From the IMG/VR virus record IMGVR_UViG_3300028048_000068, positions 72,628-136,627 of that record: DNA of 64,000 bases, one strand, 5' to 3'. Below, in pieces: positions 47,829 to 57,166 of the stretch (its first letter is position 1; each line of letters begins with the position of its first letter). The notes below the pieces were generated by a model. It was not told the origin of the DNA. It saw nothing but the letters and a program-made list of their open reading frames with translations, and searched no databases. This stretch comes from a virus (taxonomy: Duplodnaviria > Caudoviricetes). Made by a program: the position numbers and the translations under genes.

Positions 47829-48532
47829 GGTTACTCGTTCTTTTCCTTTTTGCTTTCAATGGCAACTGGGGAAATGGTTGGGGCAACAATGGCGGAAGCA
47901 ACGGCTACGTAGTTTCTGATGTACAAAGAGGTTTCGACCAGAGCGCAATCATGAACGGAATCAGTGGTGTTCAGAGCGCAGTTACAAACGGCTTCGTAGA
48001 CACAGCGGCTGCTCTGTGTAATGGATTCGCTGGCGTAAACGGCGCAATCTCCAATGGCTTCGCACAAGCTGAAATTGCTAACAACGCTCGTCAAATGGCC
48101 AACATGCAACAGGTCTATGGACTTCAGTCTCAATTCGCTGATTGCTGCTGCGAGAACAGACTCGCTTCGGCAGACCTGAAGTACACAATTGCAACGGAAA
48201 ACTGCGCAGATAGAACTGCCCTTTCCGATGGTGTCAGAGACATTCTCACAAACCAGAACAACGGTATTCAAAGAATTCTCGACCAGATGTGCAACGACAA
48301 AATCGACGCCAAGAACGAAAGAATTGCTGACCTTGAGAGACAGCTTACAATGGCTAATCTCGCTGCTTCACAGAGCGCGCAGACAGCTCAAATTCTTGCT
48401 AACAACGATGCACAGACAAACGCTCTGGAGCAATACCTTGCACCAGTTCCACGTCCAGCATATATCGTTCAGAACCCTAATGGATGCGGATGCAACAGCA
48501 TAAATAGCTGTGGATGCGGTTGTGCATTCTAG
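47829..48532 (+). CDS. Exon 2 of the Gly/Trp/Cys-rich membrane coiled-coil protein
   Basis: In frame with track ORF 47951-48532; LLVLFLFAFNGNWGNGWG..., NGF repeats, ADCCCENR, heptads, C-terminal GCGCNSINSCGCGCAF. Confidence 0.88.
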
Positions 48533-48543
48533 GAGGTAGTACT

Positions 48544-48996
48544 ATGGCAGAATATTTAGCTAATGCTACACAACTGGTTGACCTTAATCAGCCAGTAGTA
48601 TTCAGTGCTTCTATTCCGTGTCAGAATGGATATGTAATTCATGAAGACGAAACTGGAATTTTTATTCTACGAGGCGCTACTCCTAATTGCTTTGCAAGAT
48701 ACCAAGTTACTTTTAATGGTAATATTGCTGTACCTGAAGGTGGAACAGTTGGACCGATTGCGGTTTCAATTGCGGTTAATGGCGAAGCTAGAACGACTTC
48801 GCGCGCGATTGTAACGCCGGCCGCGGTAGAAGAGTATAACAATGTAACTTCAACTGCAATTGTAACTGTCCCACGTGGATGCTGCTTCAGTGTTAGCGTC
48901 CGCGCAGTCAGCGGAATTGTCGATGATGCGGCAGGTACCCCTGCGCCGGCAATTAATGTAACCAATTCTAACTTGGTAATCAACAGAATCGCATAG
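48544..48996 (+). CDS. All-beta protein, BclA-C/C1q-TNF-like (inferred)
   Basis: AGGAGG RBS before ATG 48544; pattern Q.V..NQPV.F, G.F.L, Y.V.F.GN, ..NG., N.NL.I.R. Confidence 0.6.
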   Translation: MAEYLANATQLVDLNQPVVFSASIPCQNGYVIHEDETGIFILRGATPNCFARYQVTFNGNIAVPEGGTVGPIAVSIAVNGEARTTSRAIVTPAAVEEYNNVTSTAIVTVPRGCCFSVSVRAVSGIVDDAAGTPAPAINVTNSNLVINRIA

Positions 48997-49007
48997 GAGG
49001 TATATGT

Positions 49008-49520
49008 ATGGAAAAGAAAACAATGGATGCTCTCCGCGCGATGCTTTGTGGAGAGATTGAGGATATTGCAAAGAAAGGCAATTTAACTCATGAGTCGCTG
49101 GATATATTAAAGGACTTAATTGAAACCGAAAAGAATTTAGGTAAAATTGAATACTATGATAAAGAAAAAGAAGAGTCTCAGGCACTTATGATTCCGGGAT
49201 ATAGTCAGAGAAAGTATTATATAGATGCTGACTATCAACCAGGCCAGATGTCATACGCTGGGCCGCGAGGTTCATACAACATGGGCGGAGGCTCATACGG
49301 TATGGGCGGAAACTCATATGGCGGCCGCATGGTTTATGATGTTGATAGAAACTCTTATATGTATATGACTCCGCAATATGACCAATCAATGGCAAGAGGA
49401 TATAGTAGAACAGGGTCGAAGACGGAGATGGTAGAAGAGTTAAAGACTATGATGAATGAGACCACCGATCAGACAGTGAAAACAGCTATTCAAGATGCTA
49501 TTGCTAAAATGAATAAGTAA
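49008..49520 (+). CDS. Helical protein with a central Y/G/S/M low-complexity region
   Basis: GSYNMGGGSYGMGGNSYGGRM between N- and C-terminal helices. Confidence 0.8.
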   Translation: MEKKTMDALRAMLCGEIEDIAKKGNLTHESLDILKDLIETEKNLGKIEYYDKEKEESQALMIPGYSQRKYYIDADYQPGQMSYAGPRGSYNMGGGSYGMGGNSYGGRMVYDVDRNSYMYMTPQYDQSMARGYSRTGSKTEMVEELKTMMNETTDQTVKTAIQDAIAKMNK

Positions 49521-49525
49521 GTTTG

Positions 49526-49554
49526 AAAACGGGTACTATATGTACCCGTTTTTT
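49526..49554 (+). terminator. Intrinsic terminator
   Basis: AAAACGGGTAC/GTACCCGTTTTTT. Confidence 0.85.
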
Positions 49555-49564
49555 GTATACGAAA

Positions 49565-49647
49565 TACGTTGAGAGCGGCCGCTCAATTTCTTGTATAAGT
49601 CAGTTCAACTTGCTCATAAAATAGGTTGACCGCGCGCCCTCAACGTA
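49565..49647. repeat. Intergenic imperfect inverted-repeat element, copy 1
   Basis: TACGTTGAGAGCGGCCGCTCAA ... TTGACCGCGCGCCCTCAACGTA; a related copy is at 63160-63244. Confidence 0.75.
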
Positions 49648-49666
49648 CAACTTCTACGTTCAAAAT

Positions 49667-49695
49667 TTGACTTTGTGTACCTTTTGTTATATACT
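49667..49695 (+). promoter_or_regulatory. SigmaA promoter
   Basis: TTGACT-N17-TATACT. Confidence 0.7.
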
Positions 49696-49761
49696 ATTAA
49701 TAGAGGGTATGCATATCCATGTTAGACTAAAATTAAACTTATACCTACGGAGGACAAGACA

Positions 49762-50013
49762 ATGAAAGTTAAAACTTTTAAAGGACAGTATGAATTAGTC
49801 GAATTTGACCATTACATGGACGCTAATGATGGTGCAATGGTATGCGTACTAGATTTACTTTTACGTACAGACGATTTAGACCATGTAGAAGATGAATTAC
49901 ACGACATCTTCGCGGTAGATACAGACAAACAGTCATATGTATTTTCACACTATGAAATTACTGATTGTTTTATTGATGATAACGGCCTTGTTCGAGTAAT
50001 TTGTGTCAAGTGA
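49762..50013 (+). CDS. Acidic 83-aa moron-like protein
   Basis: Has its own promoter, GGAGG RBS and terminator; Asp-rich. Confidence 0.75.
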   Translation: MKVKTFKGQYELVEFDHYMDANDGAMVCVLDLLLRTDDLDHVEDELHDIFAVDTDKQSYVFSHYEITDCFIDDNGLVRVICVK

Positions 50014-50033
50014 AAATTTAATTTTCGAGATTG

Positions 50034-50059
50034 AGAACGGGCATCGGCTCGTTCTTTTT
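50034..50059 (+). terminator. Intrinsic terminator
   Basis: AGAACGGGC/GCTCGTTCT followed by a T run. Confidence 0.75.
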
Positions 50060-50138
50060 CTTATGTCCTAAAAAGGTAAAGTTAACGCGTCTAATCTCTA
50101 CTTATTAGATAGAGAAATTTTGTGTGAGGTAAACAAAT

Positions 50139-50564
50139 ATGATTATACGTGGAACAACACCATATCATAATTTCATACTTCCAATTTTAGTAGAAGATAT
50201 AAAAGCAATCTATGTAACTTATTTACAGAATGATGAGGTTATTCTCGATAAAAAAATGTTAGAAGGTGAAGAAGAAAGTAGCGACTTTATAATTGCTAAT
50301 TTAAAAGACCTTGAAAATGCTTCAATGGAAGACCTTTCTGAAGAAGAGCGTGAATCTTGCCAATTATCTCTTCACCTTTCTCAAGAAGATACACTTGCTT
50401 TTCACTTCTATCCCGCTGCAAGAAAAAATATCGCAGTAATTCAAATACGTATTCTTACAACTGACGACGAAGCATTTGCTTCAATGCCTATCAATGAACG
50501 TATTTTCGGTGTGCTCCACGATGGGGTAATTCCAGACCAAGAGGAGTCAACAAATGAAGGGTAA
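50139..50564 (+). CDS. Structural adaptor (BppU-N-like)
   Basis: MIIRGTTP...IYVTYLQ...LSQEDTL...IQIR. Confidence 0.6.
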   Translation: MIIRGTTPYHNFILPILVEDIKAIYVTYLQNDEVILDKKMLEGEEESSDFIIANLKDLENASMEDLSEEERESCQLSLHLSQEDTLAFHFYPAARKNIAVIQIRILTTDDEAFASMPINERIFGVLHDGVIPDQEESTNEG

Positions 50565-50748
50565 TAGCGATAGAAGTTTCAAAGTACAATTTAATACTTC
50601 GGGAAACACATATTCAAAAATTAAGTTCAATAGAACGACTAATAACTTCAAACCAAAGGCGGAAGTTACTCCTACCGAGCAAGATATATATTACGATGAA
50701 ATAATATACTACGACGGAGGAGGCGTGCACGGATATGGCGACGATTAA
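50554..50748 (+). CDS. Small structural protein
   Basis: Coupled ORF; IIYYDGGG motif. Confidence 0.65.
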   Translation: MKGNSDRSFKVQFNTSGNTYSKIKFNRTTNNFKPKAEVTPTEQDIYYDEIIYYDGGGVHGYGDD

Positions 50749-51049
50749 AAAGCATGTTAAGGCTATAATTCAACTGCGCCGCGCCACTGAGCCAGAGTGG
50801 ATTGAGGTTAATCCAATCCTGCGCGTAGGCGAACCGGCGCTCTCAACGGATGTTTATAAATTAAAAATCGGCAATGGACATGACCATTGGTCAGATATTC
50901 CTTATTTACTTCAATCTGAATATGAGCAAATTATGGATTTAATAGACTATGGTATGTATAAGGCTGGTAATGGAATTACTTTAGACAATAGAGTAATTGC
51001 ATTGGACGATTTAATTCTTGATTGTGGCACTAGTACCACAAATATATAG
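50735..51049 (+). CDS. Mtd-N / hyaluronidase-N-like fibre attachment domain protein
   Basis: IQLRRAT..EW...NPIL..GEP...KLKIGNG...WSDIPY. Confidence 0.75.
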   Translation: MATIKKHVKAIIQLRRATEPEWIEVNPILRVGEPALSTDVYKLKIGNGHDHWSDIPYLLQSEYEQIMDLIDYGMYKAGNGITLDNRVIALDDLILDCGTSTTNI

Positions 51050-51059
51050 GAGGTGGACT

Positions 51060-51452
51060 ATGAGTGCTACAGTTAATACAAGGATTCAATTAAAAAGAGA
51101 TACTACTCAACATTGGAATGAAGCTATTGGATTTGTTCCTTTGCCTGGTGAAGTTATAGTCTATGAAGACTATGAAACTAAGACTTATGAAGTAGAAGAA
51201 TATGGTGAAATAGTTACAAAAACTGTTAATATACCTAATATAAAAATTGGAACTGGAAATGCTTATGTTCAAGACTTAGCTTTCGTAGATGAAAAAACGC
51301 GTGATATATTAATGGCTCATATACAGAACCACGATATTCACGTAACATTAGCCGAAAAATTATTTTGGAATAATAAAATTAACGTTGATGACGCAGATGA
51401 ACAAATATCTGGCGAGCTAGAAGATGAAACGTTAATTCTTAATAGAAATTAA
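51060..51452 (+). CDS. Second Mtd-N-like protein
   Basis: RIQLKRDT..HW...PLPGE...KIGTG; ATG 51060 follows AGGAGG. Confidence 0.7.
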   Translation: MSATVNTRIQLKRDTTQHWNEAIGFVPLPGEVIVYEDYETKTYEVEEYGEIVTKTVNIPNIKIGTGNAYVQDLAFVDEKTRDILMAHIQNHDIHVTLAEKLFWNNKINVDDADEQISGELEDETLILNRN

Positions 51453-51465
51453 AAGGAGAGATAAC

Positions 51466-52767
51466 ATGGCGGAAATTAGTAAAATAACGTTACCTTCTGG
51501 TAATACCTATGAACTCAAAGACGCGACAGCTCGCCAAATGATTAGCGGCGGTGTTAGTTTTATAGTAGCATGGGATGGTACTGGTACTGCCGTTGCAGCA
51601 AATGTGCCGAAAGGCGTTAATGCTGGTGGTGTTACGGGTACGTTGGAAGCGGCCGATGCTCAGGCGGGCGCATTTTATTTAGTTAAATCAGCATCTACAC
51701 CAAGTTCAGAAACATTAGATATTTATGATGAATATGTAGTTATTGGTTCAACTACAAAAAGTTGGGAAAAAATTGGAGATACTCAACTTAATTTATCTGA
51801 TGTAGTTACTGGAGTTAGTTTAACTAAACAAACTGATGTAGTACTTGGTGAAGCGACTACTTTTACAAATGCTAGTTCATCAGTTTCATTTACTGGTGGA
51901 ACTACTGATAAGGTACTCGGTGAAGCTACAACTTTTTCTGTAAGTAAACCAGCTATTACAGTTACTCCATCAACTACTAATATTAAAGCTACTGCTAGTG
52001 GTGCAGCAGTTGGAGCGAATGGTACAGCAAAAGTAATTACCGGATTTGGTACTCATACAACAGATACTTTTGTTAAGTCAGTTACTGCTGAAACTGGAAA
52101 GAATTTAGTTACGACTACAGTACCTAATGTTACTGGTAATACTACTGTAACAATTCCTAATGTAACTGGAAATACAAATGTTACTATTCCAAATGTGACA
52201 AGTGTGGGTAGTGCTTCTACATGGAATTTTGCGATGGGAAGTGGCGATGCCGCAGAAACTTTAATTATTAGTGGAGCTAATTCAACTGCACCAACTTTAG
52301 GAACAGCTTTAAGTGCTTCAAAAGTAACACTTGGAACTGCGCTTACTGCAACAAATACGACACTTGGTACTGCGAAGACGGTAGCTACAGGAGCTACATC
52401 AACTACTGGTACTGGTGATGCAGTTGTTACTGGAGTTACTGTAGGTGATTCAGCTACAGCTATTACAGCTCTTGGAACTCCTACTACAGCAGATGCATTA
52501 ACAGGAGTTAAGGTTACTACACAACCTACAATTGCACTTGCTACTGGCGCCACAGCTGGTACTGGAGTTATTAGTGTTGCAACTGGAATCAGTTCGGCTA
52601 CTGCTGGAGACCAAACAGTCACAGTTGGTACAAATGATAAGGTTACGGCTGTTACTGGAATTGGAACAGGTACTGCGGCAGCTCAAACGATTACAGTTGG
52701 AACTAATGATAAGGTTACCGTACTTAAGAATACTACAGATGTTAGCGTAACAAAAGGCAACGCATAA
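51466..52767 (+). CDS. Thr/Gly/Ala/Val-rich fibre protein with internal repeats
   Basis: T.PNVT x3, VLGEATTF x2, TVGTNDKVT x2. Confidence 0.75.
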   Translation: MAEISKITLPSGNTYELKDATARQMISGGVSFIVAWDGTGTAVAANVPKGVNAGGVTGTLEAADAQAGAFYLVKSASTPSSETLDIYDEYVVIGSTTKSWEKIGDTQLNLSDVVTGVSLTKQTDVVLGEATTFTNASSSVSFTGGTTDKVLGEATTFSVSKPAITVTPSTTNIKATASGAAVGANGTAKVITGFGTHTTDTFVKSVTAETGKNLVTTTVPNVTGNTTVTIPNVTGNTNVTIPNVTSVGSASTWNFAMGSGDAAETLIISGANSTAPTLGTALSASKVTLGTALTATNTTLGTAKTVATGATSTTGTGDAVVTGVTVGDSATAITALGTPTTADALTGVKVTTQPTIALATGATAGTGVISVATGISSATAGDQTVTVGTNDKVTAVTGIGTGTAAAQTITVGTNDKVTVLKNTTDVSVTKGNA

Positions 52768-52782
52768 TAGGGGGTGATTTAA

Positions 52783-53214
52783 ATGGCAAATATAAGTGCT
52801 ATTAAATTACCTAATGGGACGACATATACATTAAAAGATAACGGGGCTTTGCAACTGACCGGAGGCCAGGTAACTGGCCCCGTTAGTTTTGGTGATTCGG
52901 TTTCTATTGATGAGGCTACCTTAGGAGATTTAGTTGTCAATGGAAGCGCTAGTTTTACGAATGGGATTGCTAATTTTAAATCTGTATCGGTTTCACTTCC
53001 AGTTGCTTCTTGGTCTTCAAATTCACAAACGGTTACTGTTTCGGGGGTTACTGCAACAAATACTGTTGTAGTTTCTCCTGCGCCTGCTTCTTTTGGAGAT
53101 TATAGTACTAGTGTGGTACATTGTACTGCACAGGGAAGTAATTCATTGACTTTTACTTGCAGTGAGGTGCCAGCAGGCGCACTAACAGTTAATGTATTAA
53201 TAATGAATATTTAA
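52783..53214 (+). CDS. Fibre-associated protein
   Basis: N-terminus is paralogous to that of the preceding gene; C-terminal VSLPVASW...QTVTVSGVT domain. Confidence 0.7.
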   Translation: MANISAIKLPNGTTYTLKDNGALQLTGGQVTGPVSFGDSVSIDEATLGDLVVNGSASFTNGIANFKSVSVSLPVASWSSNSQTVTVSGVTATNTVVVSPAPASFGDYSTSVVHCTAQGSNSLTFTCSEVPAGALTVNVLIMNI

Positions 53215-53228
53215 GGAGGTGAGAAGGA

Positions 53229-54749
53229 ATGATATTTAATATGGTCGGTGGTGCCGGCTCTGGAGAATCACTTCTCATCTCTGATACTATAGATGCGAAT
53301 GGGGGTACTATTCGTACTATTACTGGAAAGGTTGTAAAACTACAAACGAAGACAATTACGCCAACAAGTTCTGTTCAGAATGTATTACCTGATACAGGAT
53401 ATGATGGCTTTAGTCAAGTTACAGTTGGGGCGTCGAGTGGCTCAACGATTAATAATCAAAATAAAACAGTTAGTCCGTCTACTTCACAGCAAACTATAAC
53501 GGCAGATTCTGGATATACGGGATTAGGTACGGTCACCGTCAATGCAATGCCAACTATGACGCTTCCAACGTCGGCATCATCTTCTGCTACGTCTGGTTAT
53601 ACTTCCAAAGCTACAATTGGACGTAGTACCGCGGCCCAGTATATAAATATACCACCGGGTTACAATAGTGCCGGTGCATATTATGTAATTAGTGCAGTAG
53701 CTAATGGTTCGGCAACTGGACCGACAAGTTTGAGTGGTTCAAGTGCTACAATTACAACCGGCACTAATACAATCACACTTACCAAAACCGGTGTTACAAC
53801 AACGCCAACTGTCTCTGCTGGTTATGTATCCAGCGCGACGGCATCAACTGCTACGGTGGCGCTCACTGCGTCAGTCACAGTCAATCCAACTCCGACGGCA
53901 TCAGGGGCAACGGTTACAATACCAGCTGGTTATTACAGCGCACAAACAACTAAATCAGTTACATCTGGTAGTGCGACAGCGCCTTCATCAATCAGTGGGA
54001 CGGCCGCGAGTGTAAGTACAGGCACAAATACATTAACACTTACAAAGACAGTTAGTGTAACGCCGACAGTTACTGCAGGCTATGTAAGTAGTGGAACGGC
54101 AGGCAATAGCTCAGTTTCACTTACCGCTTCTGTTACAACCAAAGCGGCAGCTACAATAACTCCTACAACTACAAATCAAACAATTGCGGCTGGTACATAT
54201 CTCACTGGCATCCAAACAATTGCAGGAGATGCTGACCTTGTAGCTGCAAATATAAAGAAAAATGTTAACATTTTCGGAGTTACAGGTAGTTACGAACCAG
54301 ATGATTTTATTGTTACATTAACTCAAGATTCAAATAATAATTGGGTTCCAGATTGTACTTTTGCTGAATTAGCAGCGGCATATAGTAGTGGTAAAAATAT
54401 AAGCTATTATGCTGAGTATCCTGCTGTTGCTACTGGTTCAGGTAGTTATAATGATTTTGATAATGTTATTAGTTATATCGTAATAGAAGATTTTGCAAAT
54501 GGTAATAGTTGGGGAGTTGTTGAAAAATCATATAAATTTAAGTCATCTGGAGTAACCCTAGATTTAACAGATACTTATTATTTAACTGGCACTGCTACAG
54601 CTCAACCATCTAATGTAGTTTCTGGTCAAATTTTCTTTAATGGTAGTGGTTATCAAACTGGTACATTAGACCTTACGGACGTATATATTCGTAGTGCTGC
54701 GCCGACTTCATGGGTTGGTAGCGATGGCGATATATATATTCAAGAATAG
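53229..54749 (+). CDS. Ser/Thr-rich fibre protein
   Basis: KT.TP....Q...D.GY.G...VTV repeats, IP.GY motifs, NIKKNVNIFGVTG. Confidence 0.75.
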   Translation: MIFNMVGGAGSGESLLISDTIDANGGTIRTITGKVVKLQTKTITPTSSVQNVLPDTGYDGFSQVTVGASSGSTINNQNKTVSPSTSQQTITADSGYTGLGTVTVNAMPTMTLPTSASSSATSGYTSKATIGRSTAAQYINIPPGYNSAGAYYVISAVANGSATGPTSLSGSSATITTGTNTITLTKTGVTTTPTVSAGYVSSATASTATVALTASVTVNPTPTASGATVTIPAGYYSAQTTKSVTSGSATAPSSISGTAASVSTGTNTLTLTKTVSVTPTVTAGYVSSGTAGNSSVSLTASVTTKAAATITPTTTNQTIAAGTYLTGIQTIAGDADLVAANIKKNVNIFGVTGSYEPDDFIVTLTQDSNNNWVPDCTFAELAAAYSSGKNISYYAEYPAVATGSGSYNDFDNVISYIVIEDFANGNSWGVVEKSYKFKSSGVTLDLTDTYYLTGTATAQPSNVVSGQIFFNGSGYQTGTLDLTDVYIRSAAPTSWVGSDGDIYIQE

Positions 54750-54759
54750 GAGGTGAGTT

Positions 54760-57153
54760 ATGTCTAAAACAATAAACGTACAAGACACCTATACCTCCAA
54801 TACAGTTAGTTTTGATTCAACGAACTCCAATTATGCTTCTGTAGTAAGTGGTTATCCAATAGAAAATGGTATTGGTGATGGTAGTGGTACATATGCAGGT
54901 TTTGTACTTGCGAATGGTTCTAGTGCCGTCACCAACATATATTATAATTTCAATTGTAGTGGCATACCATCGGGCGCGACGATTACGTCCGTGGCTTGCC
55001 GTGCGAGAGCATCAAGGTCTTCAACAAGCTCAAACTATATTGCAAGTGCATATTTACAATTATGTACTGGTACAACAACCAAGGGTTCTCAAACAAGTGT
55101 TGCTACAACAACCGCGACTTACTTTGATTTAACTCCTGGTACTTGGACGCGCGCTGAACTTCAAAATGCAAAAATTAGATTTAGAGGTACAAGAGGTACT
55201 CGTAGTACTTCTTCAACCTCTTATTCATTAAGATTTTTCGGAGCAGTTTTAACAGTTGAATATACCTATCAAGGTCTTGCATACACAGTTACAGCTACAA
55301 GTTCAGTAACTGGAGTTACAACCGACCCAGTAACACAAGATGTAATTGCTGGTAATGATTGTGAAGTTATAATTAATGCTAATTCACTTGATGATTTAGA
55401 AATTACCGATAATGGTAATGATATTTCATCTTTACTTGTGCGCCACCATGTAAATACTGGTGGTACAATAACACAAGCGCCAGCATCATATACTACATCT
55501 GGTTCTATAAGTGGTACTCGTTATCAAGGTGCAATAGGACATACAGTAGAAAGTCCTGGTACTCAAACAGGTAATGACTATTGTTCATCAAGTGGTTCAA
55601 CCGCGACAATTTATTATCATTTTGATTTTAGTGATATACCAGAGAATGCAACAATTTCTTCTATGAGTGTTCAGGCATATGGACACTTAGAAAATGCATC
55701 GCAATCAAACGAAGTTGCGCGACTAAATACATATTATGGTACTACTGCGAAAGGTACACAGGTATCATTTACTTCAACTTCAAATCGAACAGTAACAATT
55801 ACACCAGGTACATGGACTGCCGCGGAACTACGTAGTGACGCACGAGTTGGTTTCACAATTGGTTACTATGGAGGTCTTGTTACTGGTATTACTTGGTCTG
55901 TTACATATACAGTGCCAAGTAGTGGTAATGATTATTATTATACTTATTCTATAAACGATATTGCCGCTGACCATACAATCTTAATTGAGGAAGCTGGCGC
56001 GTTTGTACCTCCAGAAGAAGACCCAACATATAATTACTATCCAATTACAATTTCTTCAATTAATGCACTTACAAGTCCAGGTAATGGAACGACGCGTGTA
56101 CAAGAAGGTACAAATCAAGTAATTACAATCACTCCAACTGATCCACAACTCACATTAGCTCTTGATAATGGAGTTGATATAACAAATCAATTAGTCGGTG
56201 GAGTACCAACAAATAACTATACAGTTACAACACAAGTTAGTGGCGCAGCTTATGGATTTAATTTAAATAGTTCAACTGGCTATTATGTTTCTACTAATAA
56301 TGGTCAATCTAAATCTGCATCAGTCGCGCGCTTAAATATGGATTTTGAAAGTGATTGTCTTGTAACTATTCAATATATAAACTATGCCGAAGCCTCATAT
56401 GACTATGGTATGTTTGGTAAGTTAGATACATCGGTAGCAACTGATGGATTAACTGCTTCAAGTGGTGGTTCTACCCCATCTGATTCAACTTCTAACTATG
56501 AAATTGCCATGTGTACAAATAGTGCTTCAGCCCAAACAGTATCATACCAAGTACCAGCCGGCGAACACTATATTGACATTAAATATGGTAAAGATGATGC
56601 TTCAGACTCAAATAATGACTCACTTCAATGGAAAGTTTTAAGTGTTGAAGCTACAAGTGCCGGTGGAGAATATACTTATACACTCACCAATGTGACTCAA
56701 AAACACAGTTTAATTTTTATATTTGGTAATGTAGATTATTACTTCATAACTTCAAGCGGTAATGCAAGTAAGTTATTCCCAGATGGACAGGTTGTAAAGC
56801 TTGAGGGGGATTCATATCGTTTAGTCATTGTACCAAATGACCCTGATGCAACGGTTTCATTAGTAGATAATAATGTAAATCGGACAAGTCAATTAGAGTT
56901 TGAAGAAGGTCAAGATAAATATGGTAATAGAGTAGTAAATTATACTTACTCTCTTTCAAATATAACTGCAGCTCATACTATTAATGTTACTTGTTCAAGT
57001 GGTACGGGCGCGAAAATATATATTAAAAGAAATGGTTCTTGGGTTCAGTGTTCAAAGGTTTTCTTGAAAGTGAATGGTTCATGGGTAGAGCAAAGTTCTA
57101 CCACATGGTCTACCTTACTTGACCCAAGTGAAAATTATAGAATTGTCACGTAG
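54760..57153 (+). CDS. Multi-domain beta-sandwich surface or fibre protein
   Basis: Two IYY.F..S.IP..ATI.S...TPGTWT.AEL domains and three Ig-like DNG.D...Y.Y....I...H repeats. Confidence 0.75.
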   Translation: MSKTINVQDTYTSNTVSFDSTNSNYASVVSGYPIENGIGDGSGTYAGFVLANGSSAVTNIYYNFNCSGIPSGATITSVACRARASRSSTSSNYIASAYLQLCTGTTTKGSQTSVATTTATYFDLTPGTWTRAELQNAKIRFRGTRGTRSTSSTSYSLRFFGAVLTVEYTYQGLAYTVTATSSVTGVTTDPVTQDVIAGNDCEVIINANSLDDLEITDNGNDISSLLVRHHVNTGGTITQAPASYTTSGSISGTRYQGAIGHTVESPGTQTGNDYCSSSGSTATIYYHFDFSDIPENATISSMSVQAYGHLENASQSNEVARLNTYYGTTAKGTQVSFTSTSNRTVTITPGTWTAAELRSDARVGFTIGYYGGLVTGITWSVTYTVPSSGNDYYYTYSINDIAADHTILIEEAGAFVPPEEDPTYNYYPITISSINALTSPGNGTTRVQEGTNQVITITPTDPQLTLALDNGVDITNQLVGGVPTNNYTVTTQVSGAAYGFNLNSSTGYYVSTNNGQSKSASVARLNMDFESDCLVTIQYINYAEASYDYGMFGKLDTSVATDGLTASSGGSTPSDSTSNYEIAMCTNSASAQTVSYQVPAGEHYIDIKYGKDDASDSNNDSLQWKVLSVEATSAGGEYTYTLTNVTQKHSLIFIFGNVDYYFITSSGNASKLFPDGQVVKLEGDSYRLVIVPNDPDATVSLVDNNVNRTSQLEFEEGQDKYGNRVVNYTYSLSNITAAHTINVTCSSGTGAKIYIKRNGSWVQCSKVFLKVNGSWVEQSSTTWSTLLDPSENYRIVT

Positions 57154-57166
57154 TGGAGGTGATATT

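Noticed and set aside
47951-48532. 193-aa ORF as an independent gene
   Set aside because: No RBS before ATG 47951; the frame stays open upstream to the intron 3' splice site, so it is exon 2.
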